Below, in pieces: positions 8,497 through 18,388 of a stretch of DNA of 45,675 nucleotides. How positions within the stretch are numbered: position 1 is the first letter of the stretch; every line of letters begins with the position of its first letter. The stretch lies in NCBI GenBank assembly GCA_041492755.1, contig JBGPXN010000017.1, positions 1-45,675 on the forward strand, given 5' to 3'. A program made the position numbers and the translations under genes. A model generated the notes under the pieces. It was not told the origin of the DNA and did no database searches. It worked only from the letters and a program-made list of their open reading frames with translations. Origin of the DNA: Candidatus Methylomirabilia bacterium. GTDB lineage: Bacteria > Methylomirabilota > Methylomirabilia > Rokubacteriales > CSP1-6.

Positions 8497-9705
8497 TTAT
8501 CCCACCGGGGTCCCGAACGCACCGCCGGCCCGGAGCGCGGCGATGCGCTCGGGGGCATAGCCGAGCAGCGACGTCAAGATCGCGTCGGTGTGCTGACCGA
8601 GGCGGGGCGCCGGCGCGGGTGACGTCACCGCGCCCGGCGTCTTGATCGGCGATGCCACCTCGCGGATCGTGCCGAGCTCCGGGTGTTCGACCTCGATGAT
8701 CATGTCGCGCGCGAGTACCTGCTCGTCGACCAGCGCTTCGGCCAGCGTGTTCACGGGCGCGCACGGCACGCGGCCGCGCATTCGCGCCAGCCACTCCGCG
8801 GTCGTGCGCTGCTGGAAGCGCGACTTGAGGAGCACGATGAGGGCCGTCTTGTTGGCCAGGCGATCGGCGAACGTGGCGAACCGCGGGTCGGCGCCGACCT
8901 CGGGCAGCTCCAGCGCCTCCAGCAGCGCGTCCCAGAACTTCGGCTTGTTGCAGAAGACGACGATCCATCCGTCACGGGTGGGAAAGTTCTGCGCGGGCAC
9001 GATGGCCTGGTGGCCCGAGTCGGCGACCCGCGCGGGCTGCCAGTCGCGATTGAGGGTCCAGGTCGCCAGATACGACAGCATGCTGACCGCGGTGTCGAGC
9101 AGCGAGACGTCGACGTCGCGGCCGACGCCGCTCCGTTGCGCGTCCCACAGCGCCGCGAGCAGGCCGGCCGCCGACACGTAGCCGCCCGCGAAGTCGATCA
9201 CCGAGACCCCGCACTTGCCGGGCGGCCCGTCCGGCTCTCCGGTCAGGGCCATGTAGCCGGCGTAGCCCTGGATCAGATAGTCGAAGGCCGGCTCGGCCGC
9301 GCGGGGCCCCGTCGTGCCAAAGCCGGAGACCGCGCAGCAGACGATCGCGGGGTTCACCGCGCAGAGCGTCTCGTAGGTCAGGCCGAGCTTGGCGGGCTGA
9401 TCACCGCGCAGGTTGCTGTAGACGGCGTGGGCCACGCGCACGAGATCGAGGAACACGGCGCGGCCGTCGGAATGGCGGAGGTCGAGCGTCACCGACTGCT
9501 TGCCGCGGTTGAACGACTGGAAGAAGAGCGAATCGCCGTCGGCCGCGTCCGGCCCCGTGTAGCGCGACACGTCGCCCCCCACGCCCGGGTCCTCGATCTT
9601 GATCACCTCGGCCCCGAGATCGGCCAGCAGCTGGGTGCCGAAGGGGCCGGCGCCGAACTGGGAGATGGCCAGCACGCGCAGACCGGCGAGGGGCGCGCGG
9701 CTCAT
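8497..9705 (-). CDS. CaiB/BaiF family III CoA-transferase
   Basis: PLAGLRVL...AGPFGTQLLADLGAEVIKIE, NRGKQSVTLDL, AFDYLIQG (catalytic Asp), APRLGQHT. Confidence 0.93.
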   Translation of the reverse strand: MSRAPLAGLRVLAISQFGAGPFGTQLLADLGAEVIKIEDPGVGGDVSRYTGPDAADGDSLFFQSFNRGKQSVTLDLRHSDGRAVFLDLVRVAHAVYSNLRGDQPAKLGLTYETLCAVNPAIVCCAVSGFGTTGPRAAEPAFDYLIQGYAGYMALTGEPDGPPGKCGVSVIDFAGGYVSAAGLLAALWDAQRSGVGRDVDVSLLDTAVSMLSYLATWTLNRDWQPARVADSGHQAIVPAQNFPTRDGWIVVFCNKPKFWDALLEALELPEVGADPRFATFADRLANKTALIVLLKSRFQQRTTAEWLARMRGRVPCAPVNTLAEALVDEQVLARDMIIEVEHPELGTIREVASPIKTPGAVTSPAPAPRLGQHTDAILTSLLGYAPERIAALRAGGAFGTPVG

Positions 9706-10184
9706 GCCGGGAGCTGGCCCTCGCCGAGCGTCGCGTGATTCTTCTTCGGCACCAGCGCGGTGCGCCGGAACGTCATCACCCGGACGCCGTGCTGATTGGT
9801 GACCCGTGTTTCCAGCGTCACCGTGCCGCGATCGCCTTGCCGCGACTCCCGGAGGGCGAGCACCGTCGACTCCGAGTACAGCGTGTCGCCGATGAAGGTC
9901 GGGTGGTCGTGGGTGATCTTCTCGATCTCGAGATTCGCGATGGCGCGGCCCGACACGTCGGCCACGGTCATGCCGATGCCGATCGAGAACACGAGGGGGC
10001 CGAGCACGACGCGCTGGCCGTGCTGGGTGTGGGTCGCCGCGTAGTGGGCGTCGCTGTGGATCGGGTGCTGGTTCATGGTGAGGAGGGCGAACCAGGTGCA
10101 GTCGGCTTCGTTGATGGTGCGTCCCGGCCAGTGACGGATGATCTCGTCGACCCTGAACTCCTCGAAATACCGCCCATACGCCAT
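9702..10184 (-). CDS. MaoC-family dehydratase (hotdog fold)
   Basis: GRYFEEF, GRTINEAD...MNQHPIHSDAHYA, PTFIGDTLY. Confidence 0.92.
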   Translation of the reverse strand: MAYGRYFEEFRVDEIIRHWPGRTINEADCTWFALLTMNQHPIHSDAHYAATHTQHGQRVVLGPLVFSIGIGMTVADVSGRAIANLEIEKITHDHPTFIGDTLYSESTVLALRESRQGDRGTVTLETRVTNQHGVRVMTFRRTALVPKKNHATLGEGQLPA

Positions 10185-10199
10185 GGTCGCGCCCGGGGC

Positions 10200-12431
10200 T
10201 CAGTCGTGCCGGCGCCGCAGCCGGCGCGCGAGGTGGAGGCGGGCCTGGTCGGCCGGAATCGGAACGTGAGCGAGCCGGGCCGCGTCGCGATAGAAGCGCT
10301 CGACGGGAAACTCGGTCGTGTAGCCGTAGCCGCCGTGGATGCGCATCGCTTCGAGCGTGACGCTGGCGGCCATGTCCGCCGCCTGGATCCGCGCCAGCGC
10401 TGCGCGGTCGGCGTCCGCGCCGGCATCGATCACCAGCAGTCGCGCCGCGGTGATGGCGGTGGCCATGTCGGCGAGCTTGAGCTGAATCGCCTGGTGCTGG
10501 CAGATCGGCTTGCCGAACGTCGAGCGCTGCTGCGAGTAGCGCAGCGCGGCTTCGAACGCGGCCTGGGCGAGGCCGACACCGCTGGCGCCCGCAGCCAGGT
10601 TGGCGAAGGCCAGCGCCGTCTCCGCGGCGGTCGCCGCCGCGCTTCCCACGGCGACGATCGCTTCGGGCCCGACCCGGACGTCGTCGAGAGTGACGGCCGC
10701 ACCACCCGCGGCGCGCTGACCGAGACTGGCTTCGGCGGCGCCCACGGTGACGCCGGGCGTGGCCCGGGGCAGCAGGCACACGATCGGTTCGCCAGCGCCG
10801 GCCGTTGCCACCACGAGCAGCAGATGAGCCCGCGCGGCATTGTCGACGAGCCGCGCCGTGCCGTGAACCACCAGCTCGTCGCCGGCGCGGCGAGCCGCAA
10901 ACGTCCCGCCGAGCACGACGGCGGCGAGCTGCTCGCCGCGCGCCAGCCCCGGGAGCCATTGCTCGCGCTGCGGGCGTCCGCCGTGAGCGGCGACGACGCG
11001 CGCGACCGTGAGGTGCGCCGCCACCACCGTGGCCAACGAGGCCCAGCCGCGCGCCAGCTCCTCGAGCAGCATCGCGACGGTCGGCTCCTCGAGGCCGAGA
11101 CCGCCTTGCTCGACCGGCGTGACGGCGCCGAGCACGCCGAGATCGGCGAGGGCGCCGACGACGGCGGCCGGAAGCTCGCCGGCCCCGTCGTAATCGGCCA
11201 CCACCGGTACGATCTCCTTCTCCACGAACTGACGGACGGCGAGGACCATGTGTCGTCGATCTTCGGGCTCGCCCTCGCGTGACGTCAGCGCGCCCAGGCG
11301 CTCACCGTAGCGGTGCAGAAGGTTGCGGGCGATGATCGTCCGCTGGATTTCGTTGGTGCCCTCGCCGATGATCATGAGCGGCGTATCGCGGTAGTAGCGC
11401 TCGAGCGGAGAGGCGGCGAGCGTGGCCGTGGGGCCGATGACCCGGAGGCCGCTGGCGGCGAGATCCTGCGCGATCTCGGACGCGTAGAGCTTGGCCATGC
11501 CGGCTTCCAGGTCGCAGCGCTCGCCGCGGTCCTTCATGCCGGCCGCCCAGTAGGTGAGGAGGCGGGCCGCACCGAGCTTCGCCGCCATGTCGGCGAGGAG
11601 CGGGGTGTCGACGGCGGCGGGCTCCGCGCGGAGGTGGGCGACGGTGTCGTCGAACACCGCCTGGGCGACGCCGACCGCGCGCGCCGCGATGTTGATGCGT
11701 CCGGCCTCGAGCCCGCTCATCACGTGCTTGAAGCCGCGGCCTTCGACGCCGCCCACGAGGTTGGCGGCCGGTGTCTCGAAGCCGTCGAAGAGCAGCTCGG
11801 CGGTGTCCACGCCTTTGTAGCCGAGCTTGCCGATGCTCTTGACCACGCGCAGCCCGGGATGGCCTTTCTCCACGACGAAGCACGACATCCCGCGGTGCCG
11901 GGGCGTCGCCGCGGAATCGGTGACGGCGAGGAGCGCGAACGTGTTGCCCTCGCGGCCGTTGGTCACGAACATCTTGGCGCCGTCGATCGTGTACACGTCA
12001 CCGCGCCGGCGCGCCACCGTGCGGATGGCCTGCACGTCGGAGCCCGCGTGGGCCTCGGTCAGACAGAGCCCGCCGCGGGCCGCGCCGGCGGCGAAGCGGG
12101 GCAGGAACCGGCGGCGCTGCTCCTCGGTGCCGTGGTGGAGGACGATGAGCGCGGCCATGGTGTGGCTGTTGATCACGCCGGCCAGCGACATCCACCCGCG
12201 GCAGAGCTCCTCGATCACCTGCGCGTACGTCGTGACGTCCAGTCCGAGCCCGCCGTACGCCTCCGGCACCAGCGCCCCGAACAGTCCGAGGTCGCGCATG
12301 CGCGCGACCAGGTCGTGGGGATAGGCGTCGGCGTGCTCCAGCGCCGGCGCCTGCGGGCGGACGTCGTCGTCGACGAACCGACGAACGCGCGCGCGCAGCG
12401 TGTCGGCGCCGGCACGGGGAGGGATAATCAT
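10200..12431 (-). CDS. Tandem-fused acyl-CoA dehydrogenase (two ACAD domains, 743 aa)
   Basis: Domain 1 has LTEAHAGSD, KMFVTNG and IGEGTNEIQR; domain 2 has QRSTFGKPICQHQAIQLKLADM and IHGGYGYTTEFPVERFYRD. Confidence 0.9.
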   Translation of the reverse strand: MIIPPRAGADTLRARVRRFVDDDVRPQAPALEHADAYPHDLVARMRDLGLFGALVPEAYGGLGLDVTTYAQVIEELCRGWMSLAGVINSHTMAALIVLHHGTEEQRRRFLPRFAAGAARGGLCLTEAHAGSDVQAIRTVARRRGDVYTIDGAKMFVTNGREGNTFALLAVTDSAATPRHRGMSCFVVEKGHPGLRVVKSIGKLGYKGVDTAELLFDGFETPAANLVGGVEGRGFKHVMSGLEAGRINIAARAVGVAQAVFDDTVAHLRAEPAAVDTPLLADMAAKLGAARLLTYWAAGMKDRGERCDLEAGMAKLYASEIAQDLAASGLRVIGPTATLAASPLERYYRDTPLMIIGEGTNEIQRTIIARNLLHRYGERLGALTSREGEPEDRRHMVLAVRQFVEKEIVPVVADYDGAGELPAAVVGALADLGVLGAVTPVEQGGLGLEEPTVAMLLEELARGWASLATVVAAHLTVARVVAAHGGRPQREQWLPGLARGEQLAAVVLGGTFAARRAGDELVVHGTARLVDNAARAHLLLVVATAGAGEPIVCLLPRATPGVTVGAAEASLGQRAAGGAAVTLDDVRVGPEAIVAVGSAAATAAETALAFANLAAGASGVGLAQAAFEAALRYSQQRSTFGKPICQHQAIQLKLADMATAITAARLLVIDAGADADRAALARIQAADMAASVTLEAMRIHGGYGYTTEFPVERFYRDAARLAHVPIPADQARLHLARRLRRRHD

Positions 12432-12456
12432 TGCGAGGAAGTTTACAATACAGCCG

Positions 12457-14115
12457 ATGGGTCTCGACGGGCTGGTCCTGTACGTTCAGAGTCTCATCGA
12501 CCGGCTCGTCCGCCGCCTCCGCCTCGGCAAGCCGCCGCGCCGCACCGGGCGTCGTCTCCTGATCGTGCAGATCGACGGCCTGTCCCGCGCCGTCCTCGAG
12601 CAAGCGATCGGCGAGGGACGGATGCCGTTTCTACGCAAGCTGCTCGCGCGTCGCCGCTGCCGCCTGACGCCGATGACGGTGGGGATGCCGACGTCCACTC
12701 CGGCGTTTCAGATGTCGGCCATGTACGGGGTGCGGCCCGACATCCCGGGCTTCCACTACCACGACAAGCGACGCCAGACGGACGTCTACTTTCCGCGCGC
12801 CGGTGACGCCGCGTTCGTGGAGGCGAATCAGGCCGCGGGCAGACGTGGGATCGTGACCGGCGGCAGCACCTACGGCTGCGTCTTCACCGGCGGGGCGACG
12901 AACAATCTCTTCAGCTTCGCCATGTTCAAGCGGCCAACCCGCGCGGGGTTGCTGCCGCTGCTCTCGGCCCTCCTGGTGCTGGCATGGGTGATCGCAAAGA
13001 GCGTGGTGCTCACGCTGGTCGAGCTGATACGGGGGGTATTGCGCCTGGTGGCCAAACCGTTCGGGAACGTGAGGCGCGACTGGAAGTGGCTCGCGCTCAA
13101 GGTCGGCCTGTCCATCTGGATCCGTGAGCTGTTCACGCTGTCGGTGTCCCGTGACGTCTACGCCGGCGTGCCGGCCATCTACGTCAACTACCTCGACTAC
13201 GACGTCCTTGCTCATGCCTTCGGTCCGCGGCATCGTCGTGCCATGCGCGGGTTGCGGTTCGTCGACCGCTCGCTCCGCCAGCTCTGGCGGGTGGCCCGCC
13301 GGGTGCCCGAGCACCGGTACGACCTCTACATCCTGTCCGATCACGGCCAGGTCCACTGCCGGCCATACCAGACACTCACCGGCGGCGCGCCGATCGAGCG
13401 GCGGCTCTTCGACGAATTCTTCGCGCCGCTGTACGCGCCCGAGGTGAGGCCGGGCCGCCGTGCCGCGGCCGGCCGCCGGATCGCCAGCGGGATCAAGGCG
13501 TTTCGCAGTCATCGCGAGCCCGGGATCTTCCAGCGCTTCCTGAACTACCTCGAGCGCGATTTTCCCGCCCGACTCGAGCGCCGGGCCGATCGGACCCCGG
13601 AGTCGTTTCAGGGTGGGGACGTCCGCATCGTGGCGGCCGGGCCCAACGCGTTCGTCTACTTCCTGGACCGGCCTGAGCCGCTCACCGTCGAGACGATCGA
13701 CGAGCGGAGGCCCGGACTCGTGGAGGAGATCTCCCGCGCCGTCGGTGTCGGCCTGGTCCTCGTACGCTCGGCCACGGGTCCCGTCTGCGCGTGGCGCGGG
13801 AAGCGTTACCGCCTCGGCCACGACGAGCCGGGGCCGTTTGCCGGCCGCGCCGACCTCGACGTCGTCGTGAGCGGCATTGCCGATCTCATGGCCATGCCAA
13901 GCGCGGGCGATCTGGTGATCTACGGCCACCAGGCCATGGAGGGGGACGTCTCCTTCGTCCATGAGATCGGCGCCCATGCCGGGCCGTCCGAGGCCGAGCT
14001 CCATACCTTCATCATCAGTCCGGCGCGCGTCGAGTTGCCGGCGCCGATCCACCATCCCGTCCAGCTCTACCAGCACTTCGTGAAGTACCAGCGCGGCGTG
14101 TCCGAAGCCGCGTGA
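12457..14115 (+). CDS. Alkaline phosphatase superfamily protein (nucleotide pyrophosphatase/phosphodiesterase-like) with a central hydrophobic insert
   Basis: LIVQIDGLS, PTSTPAFQ, YLDYDVLAHAFGP, ILSDHGQ, GAHAG metal-binding motifs. Confidence 0.85.
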   Translation: MGLDGLVLYVQSLIDRLVRRLRLGKPPRRTGRRLLIVQIDGLSRAVLEQAIGEGRMPFLRKLLARRRCRLTPMTVGMPTSTPAFQMSAMYGVRPDIPGFHYHDKRRQTDVYFPRAGDAAFVEANQAAGRRGIVTGGSTYGCVFTGGATNNLFSFAMFKRPTRAGLLPLLSALLVLAWVIAKSVVLTLVELIRGVLRLVAKPFGNVRRDWKWLALKVGLSIWIRELFTLSVSRDVYAGVPAIYVNYLDYDVLAHAFGPRHRRAMRGLRFVDRSLRQLWRVARRVPEHRYDLYILSDHGQVHCRPYQTLTGGAPIERRLFDEFFAPLYAPEVRPGRRAAAGRRIASGIKAFRSHREPGIFQRFLNYLERDFPARLERRADRTPESFQGGDVRIVAAGPNAFVYFLDRPEPLTVETIDERRPGLVEEISRAVGVGLVLVRSATGPVCAWRGKRYRLGHDEPGPFAGRADLDVVVSGIADLMAMPSAGDLVIYGHQAMEGDVSFVHEIGAHAGPSEAELHTFIISPARVELPAPIHHPVQLYQHFVKYQRGVSEAA

Positions 14116-14873
14116 CGCCTCTCACCGTCGCCAGCTACAACATCCACCGCGGCGTCGGGCTGGACCGCCGCCTCGATCTGGACCGGATCGCGGCCGTCAT
14201 CGGCGAGCTCCGCGCGGACGTGATCGGGCTCCAGGAGGTCATCCGGGCCGACGGCAGCCCGCTCGCCGACCAGGCGGCGTATCTGGCGTCGCGCCTCGGC
14301 ATGGAACTGGTCATGGGCGAGACACGGGCGCACGGCAGCGGCACCTACGGCAACGCGGTGCTCACGCGCCTGTCCGTCAAGGGCTCCGCGCGCTGCGACC
14401 TGAGCTGCGGCACGCGCGAGCCGCGCGGCTGCCTGCGCGCCGACCTCGCCGTCGGCGACCGCCTCCTGCACGTGTTCGTGGTCCACCTGGGGCTGGCGTT
14501 CCGCGAGCGCCGGGAGCAGGTGGATCTCCTCGGCCACTTCATCCGCGCGTCCGCCGAACTGGCGGGGCCGCGCGTGCTCGTCGGTGACTTCAACGAATGG
14601 CACCGCGGGCCGGTCACGCGCGGATTGCGGCGGGAGTTCTCTTCGCCGATGCGGCGAATGCGCCGCACGCATCCCGCCGTGTTCCCGTTGTTCGCGCTCG
14701 ACCGCATCTACTGGGACGTCGAGCTCGAGGGTGAAGCGTTCAACGTCCATCGGAGCCGGCTCGCCCGCGTCGCCTCCGATCACCTGCCGGTCGCGGTTCG
14801 CTTGCGCGTGCGGCCGCACATCCGGCCGGCGACTTCGTACGTGATCGGGGATGCCCTTTTGCCGCCCGAATAG
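14112..14873 (+). CDS. Endonuclease/exonuclease/phosphatase (EEP) family protein
   Basis: ASYNIH, GLQEV, YGNAVL, GDFNEW, LDRIY, ASDHLP. Confidence 0.93.
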   Translation: MTPLTVASYNIHRGVGLDRRLDLDRIAAVIGELRADVIGLQEVIRADGSPLADQAAYLASRLGMELVMGETRAHGSGTYGNAVLTRLSVKGSARCDLSCGTREPRGCLRADLAVGDRLLHVFVVHLGLAFRERREQVDLLGHFIRASAELAGPRVLVGDFNEWHRGPVTRGLRREFSSPMRRMRRTHPAVFPLFALDRIYWDVELEGEAFNVHRSRLARVASDHLPVAVRLRVRPHIRPATSYVIGDALLPPE

Positions 14874-14880
14874 CTTGTTC

Positions 14881-16104
14881 CTACTCGAGCCCGGCGAGAT
14901 CGAGAGCGGTGCGCAGCAGCGTGTTGGCGCCGTGCTCGATGTCGTCGATGGGCGTGAACTCCTCCTCGCAGTGGCTCCGCCCGTCCCGCGACGGCACGAA
15001 GATCATCCCGACGGGGCCGATCGCCGCCATGTACTGGGCGTCGTGGCCCGCGCCCGACAGGATGCGGCGGTAGCCGGCGCCCGTGCTCCGGGCGGCTCGC
15101 TCCACCGTGGCCACCACGTCGGGGTCGAAGGGGGTGTACGGCACCCGCCAGTAGTGTTCGAGCTCGTAGCGAACGCCCTCGCGCTCGCACGCCTCCCGCA
15201 CCACGGCGTCCAGCAAGGGGCGCGCGCGATCCAGCGCGGCGTCGGTCGGGTCGCGCATGTCGATGGAGAGGGTGACCCGGCCCGGGATCGCATTGACGAT
15301 GTCGGGCGTGACCGTGAGCGAGCCGACGGTGGTCACGAGGTCGCCGCCGAGCTGCCGCGCGATCCCGCGCACGCCGGTCACGACCTCGGCCGCCGCCACC
15401 AGCGCGTCGTGCCGGATGCGCATCGGGGTGGGGCCCGCGTGATCCTGCACGCCGTGGATGGTCAGTCGCGACCACGAGATGGCGACGATGCCTTCCACCA
15501 CGCCGACCGACAGTCCTTCCGCTTCGAGGTTCGGCCCCTGCTCGATGTGCAGTTCCAGATAGGCGCGGAAGGGCCGGGGGGCGCACGGCTCGGGGCCGAG
15601 ATAGCCGATCCGCTCCAGCTCGTCGACGAGGCGGATGCCATCGCGGTCGCGGGCGTTGTAGGCGTCCTCCAGCGCGATCTTGCCGGCCATCACCCCGCTC
15701 GCGATCATCGCCGGCTGAAACCGCGCCCCCTCTTCGTTGGTGAAGATGACCAGCATCACCGGATGCCGGGTGCGCGTGTCGTGATCGTTCAGCGTGCGGA
15801 TGGCTTCCAGCGCGCACAGCACGCCGAGCTGGCCGTCGTACTTGCCGCCGGTCGGGACGGAATCGACGTGCGAGCCCATCATCACGGGCGGGAGCGCGGC
15901 GGTGCCCGCGCGCTCGCCGAAGATGTTGCCCATGCGATCGACGCTCACGCGCAAGCCGGCCGCGCGTATCCACTCCACCATCCGGTCGCGCCCCCGCCTG
16001 TCTTCGTCGGTCAGCGCCAGCCGGGTGAGGCCTCCCCGCGGTGTCTCGCCGATCCGCCCCAGCTCCTCGATGCTCGTCTCCAGCCGCTTCCGGTCGATAC
16101 GCAT
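14881..16104 (-). CDS. M20 Zn-dependent amidohydrolase (N-carbamoyl-L-amino acid/allantoate amidohydrolase family)
   Basis: GSHVDSVPTGGKYDGQLGV, NEEGARF, ELHIEQGP, HAGPTPM, SGAGHDA. Confidence 0.93.
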   Translation of the reverse strand: MRIDRKRLETSIEELGRIGETPRGGLTRLALTDEDRRGRDRMVEWIRAAGLRVSVDRMGNIFGERAGTAALPPVMMGSHVDSVPTGGKYDGQLGVLCALEAIRTLNDHDTRTRHPVMLVIFTNEEGARFQPAMIASGVMAGKIALEDAYNARDRDGIRLVDELERIGYLGPEPCAPRPFRAYLELHIEQGPNLEAEGLSVGVVEGIVAISWSRLTIHGVQDHAGPTPMRIRHDALVAAAEVVTGVRGIARQLGGDLVTTVGSLTVTPDIVNAIPGRVTLSIDMRDPTDAALDRARPLLDAVVREACEREGVRYELEHYWRVPYTPFDPDVVATVERAARSTGAGYRRILSGAGHDAQYMAAIGPVGMIFVPSRDGRSHCEEEFTPIDDIEHGANTLLRTALDLAGLE

Positions 16105-16195
16105 GGCTCTCTCCGATCTCTGCGCGCTACTGGCGTGGCGTGGGTGACTTGACTCGCCGGCTTCTGTCTGGTGACGTGATGATCAGGAGAGTGTC

Positions 16196-16720
16196 GTGAA
16201 GAGGGTATGCGCGTCAACGCTTCGGTTTCTCGCCGCCGGGCTCCTGGCCGCGGGTGTGTTCTTTCCATCGACGGGGGATGCGGCGAGCGTGGTCCCCATC
16301 GCCGTCTCCAACCTGGCCGGGGCGGCGGACGTCGTCGTGCTCGGGACGGTGCACGCTGTGCGGGTCGAGCGTGACCCCACCGGCAGGACCTTCACGGCCG
16401 TCGAGGTGGAGCCGACGGAAGTGTTGAAGGGCACGACGCCACCGGGCGCCCTGGTCGTTCGCGAGCTCGGTGGCCTCACGGCCGCCGGGGGCAGTGTCGT
16501 CGGCGGAAGCGCCACCTTTGCGCCCGGGGAGTGCGTCCTGCTGTTCCTCCGCCGCGACGGGCCCGACTTGCGGCTGGTGGGGCAGGCCCAGGGCAAGTTC
16601 AGTGTGAGTCGCGATTCGGCCACCGCGGCGTGGACGGCAACGCGGATCGAGCCCGACACCGGCCGCGTGGTCGACCAGGTGCCGCTGGCGCGCATCAAAG
16701 AGCTTCTCGGCCGGCCCTAG
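16196..16720 (+). CDS. Hypothetical exported protein
   Basis: AGGAG SD, signal-peptide-like N-terminus, ADVVVLGTV...EVLKG...GG...FAPGECVLLFL pattern. Confidence 0.7.
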   Translation: MKRVCASTLRFLAAGLLAAGVFFPSTGDAASVVPIAVSNLAGAADVVVLGTVHAVRVERDPTGRTFTAVEVEPTEVLKGTTPPGALVVRELGGLTAAGGSVVGGSATFAPGECVLLFLRRDGPDLRLVGQAQGKFSVSRDSATAAWTATRIEPDTGRVVDQVPLARIKELLGRP

Positions 16721-17347
16721 CCCGCGCCCGGTCCGCGCGCCCGGCAAGGACCGCGGGGACGACGATGTCGCCGTACCGGCGAACGGCCCCGGCGTCCGCG
16801 GCGCGCGCGACCAGCGCCGCGCCGATCGCGTCGCGACCGTCCTGACCGATCCGGCGTGGCACGCCACCCACGCGGAGCCGCCGTAACGCGCGCGCCGACC
16901 ATCGCGCCCTCGGCTCGCGGCCACGCGGCCCGAGCCAGCACGTCCACGCGGCCGTCGGAAAGCATTCGACGGCGCGCAGCCGCGCCCGGATCAGCGCCGC
17001 GTAGAGCGCGAAGCCGTGGTGGATCCACTCGTAGAAGCGCGGGTTGGCGTCCAGCGCGGCGCGATCGGGCGTGTAGCGGAGCGGGCACACCTCGCGGGCG
17101 ACCCGGCTCTCGTCGGGTCGCGAGCGACGACCGTCGGCGGCCGGCCGTCGTGGACTGTCGACGGCAACCAGCAACGGCCGCCACGGTGCCAGCCACGCGA
17201 CCACGTCCTCGGGAGTGCGGATCTGCAGGGGCCCGGCCACGACGCGGCGAGGGCCACGTGGAAGCCCTTGACGCGTCCGCCGACGTCGATGCCCGCCCAC
17301 ACTCGGGCGGCGCGAAGATCGGCGTGCGAGGCCCGCCGCTCAGTCAC
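16695..17347 (-). pseudogene. DUF429-like (RNase H-fold predicted nuclease) gene, frameshifted near 17249
   Basis: WAGIDVGGRVKGFHVAL in one frame continues as RRVVAGP...VAVDSP...ECFPTAAW...DAIGAALVA in another frame; start uncertain. Confidence 0.65.
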
Positions 17348-17393
17348 GGGCGCGTGCGCAGCCCGCAACGGCGCGCGTGCTAGACTCGGCGCC

Positions 17394-17939
17394 GTGGATC
17401 CGCACCACTCGCATCGCGCGCTCGCGCCCGAGACCGCGCGCTTCTGCCCGTTGTGTGGCGGTGCGCTCGCCTGGGAGCCGGTGCCGCCCGATCATCGCGA
17501 ACATCCCGTGTGCGGCGCGTGCCGGTTCGTGTACTACCTCAACCCCAAGCTCGTCGCGGCGACGCTGCCCGAGCAGGACGGACGCATTCTCCTCACGCGC
17601 CGGTCGATCAATCCGGGCCACGGGCTCTGGACGTTTCCCGGCGGGTTCGTGGACTGGGGTGAGACGGTGACCGACGCGGCGATCCGCGAGACCTTCGAAG
17701 AGACCGGGCTGAAGGTCGAGCTGAACGGTCTGCACGACGTCTACTCGTACCCGGGCTCGCCGGTGATCGTGGTGTACCGCGCGCGCGTCACGGGCGGCAC
17801 GCTCACGACCTGCCACGAGAACGATCTGCTCGAATGGATGACGCCGGCCGGGATCCCGTGGCCGCAACTCGCCTTCGACTCGACCCGCGAGGCGCTGCGC
17901 GAGTGGGTCGCCGCCCGTGGAGAAATGCCCGGCGGCTAG
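17394..17939 (+). CDS. NUDIX hydrolase with N-terminal zinc ribbon
   Basis: FCPLCG...CGAC..YLNPK; Nudix box GGFVDWGETVTDAAIRETFEETGL. Confidence 0.92.
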   Translation: MDPHHSHRALAPETARFCPLCGGALAWEPVPPDHREHPVCGACRFVYYLNPKLVAATLPEQDGRILLTRRSINPGHGLWTFPGGFVDWGETVTDAAIRETFEETGLKVELNGLHDVYSYPGSPVIVVYRARVTGGTLTTCHENDLLEWMTPAGIPWPQLAFDSTREALREWVAARGEMPGG

Positions 17940-18388
17940 CGAGCACCGAGACCTGTGCCGCGCGACGGCAACGCGACCGTTGCCTTGCCCGTCACCAGCT
18001 TTTCACCCTTCTGATTCTCGGCCCAGACTTCGACCTCGACGAGATGGACGTCGTCTTTGGCGGACTTCGAAATGACGCGGCCCTTGCAGGTGATCGTGTC
18101 CTTCAGCCGTGAGAGCGCGGTGAAGCGAACGCCGAACTTCCGTACGCTCCCGGCGCCGGCCCAGTCGGTGAGCGCCTGGCCCACGAAGCCCATCGTCAGC
18201 ATGCCGTGGCCGAAGACGCCGCCCATGCCGGCGGCGCGGGCGAACTCGTCGTCCTGGTGGATGGGATTGAAGTCGCCGGAGGCGCCCGCGTAGCGCGTGA
18301 GCTGGATCTGCTGGAGGGGGCCCTTCACCAGCGGCGTCAGCTCGTCGCCGACCTGCACGTCCTCGACGTAGCGCCGGCCGTATTTCAC
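17936..18388 (-). CDS. MaoC-type dehydratase (HadB-like catalytic subunit)
   Basis: YAGASGDFNPIHQDDEFA...GVFGHGM hydratase-2 motif. Confidence 0.9.
   Translation of the reverse strand: MKYGRRYVEDVQVGDELTPLVKGPLQQIQLTRYAGASGDFNPIHQDDEFARAAGMGGVFGHGMLTMGFVGQALTDWAGAGSVRKFGVRFTALSRLKDTITCKGRVISKSAKDDVHLVEVEVWAENQKGEKLVTGKATVALPSRGTGLGAR

Noticed and set aside
8497..10959. 820-aa ORF as a single protein
   Set aside because: Only the part from ATG 9705 is a CoA-transferase; the upstream part is an Arg-rich shadow frame over the MaoC and ACAD genes
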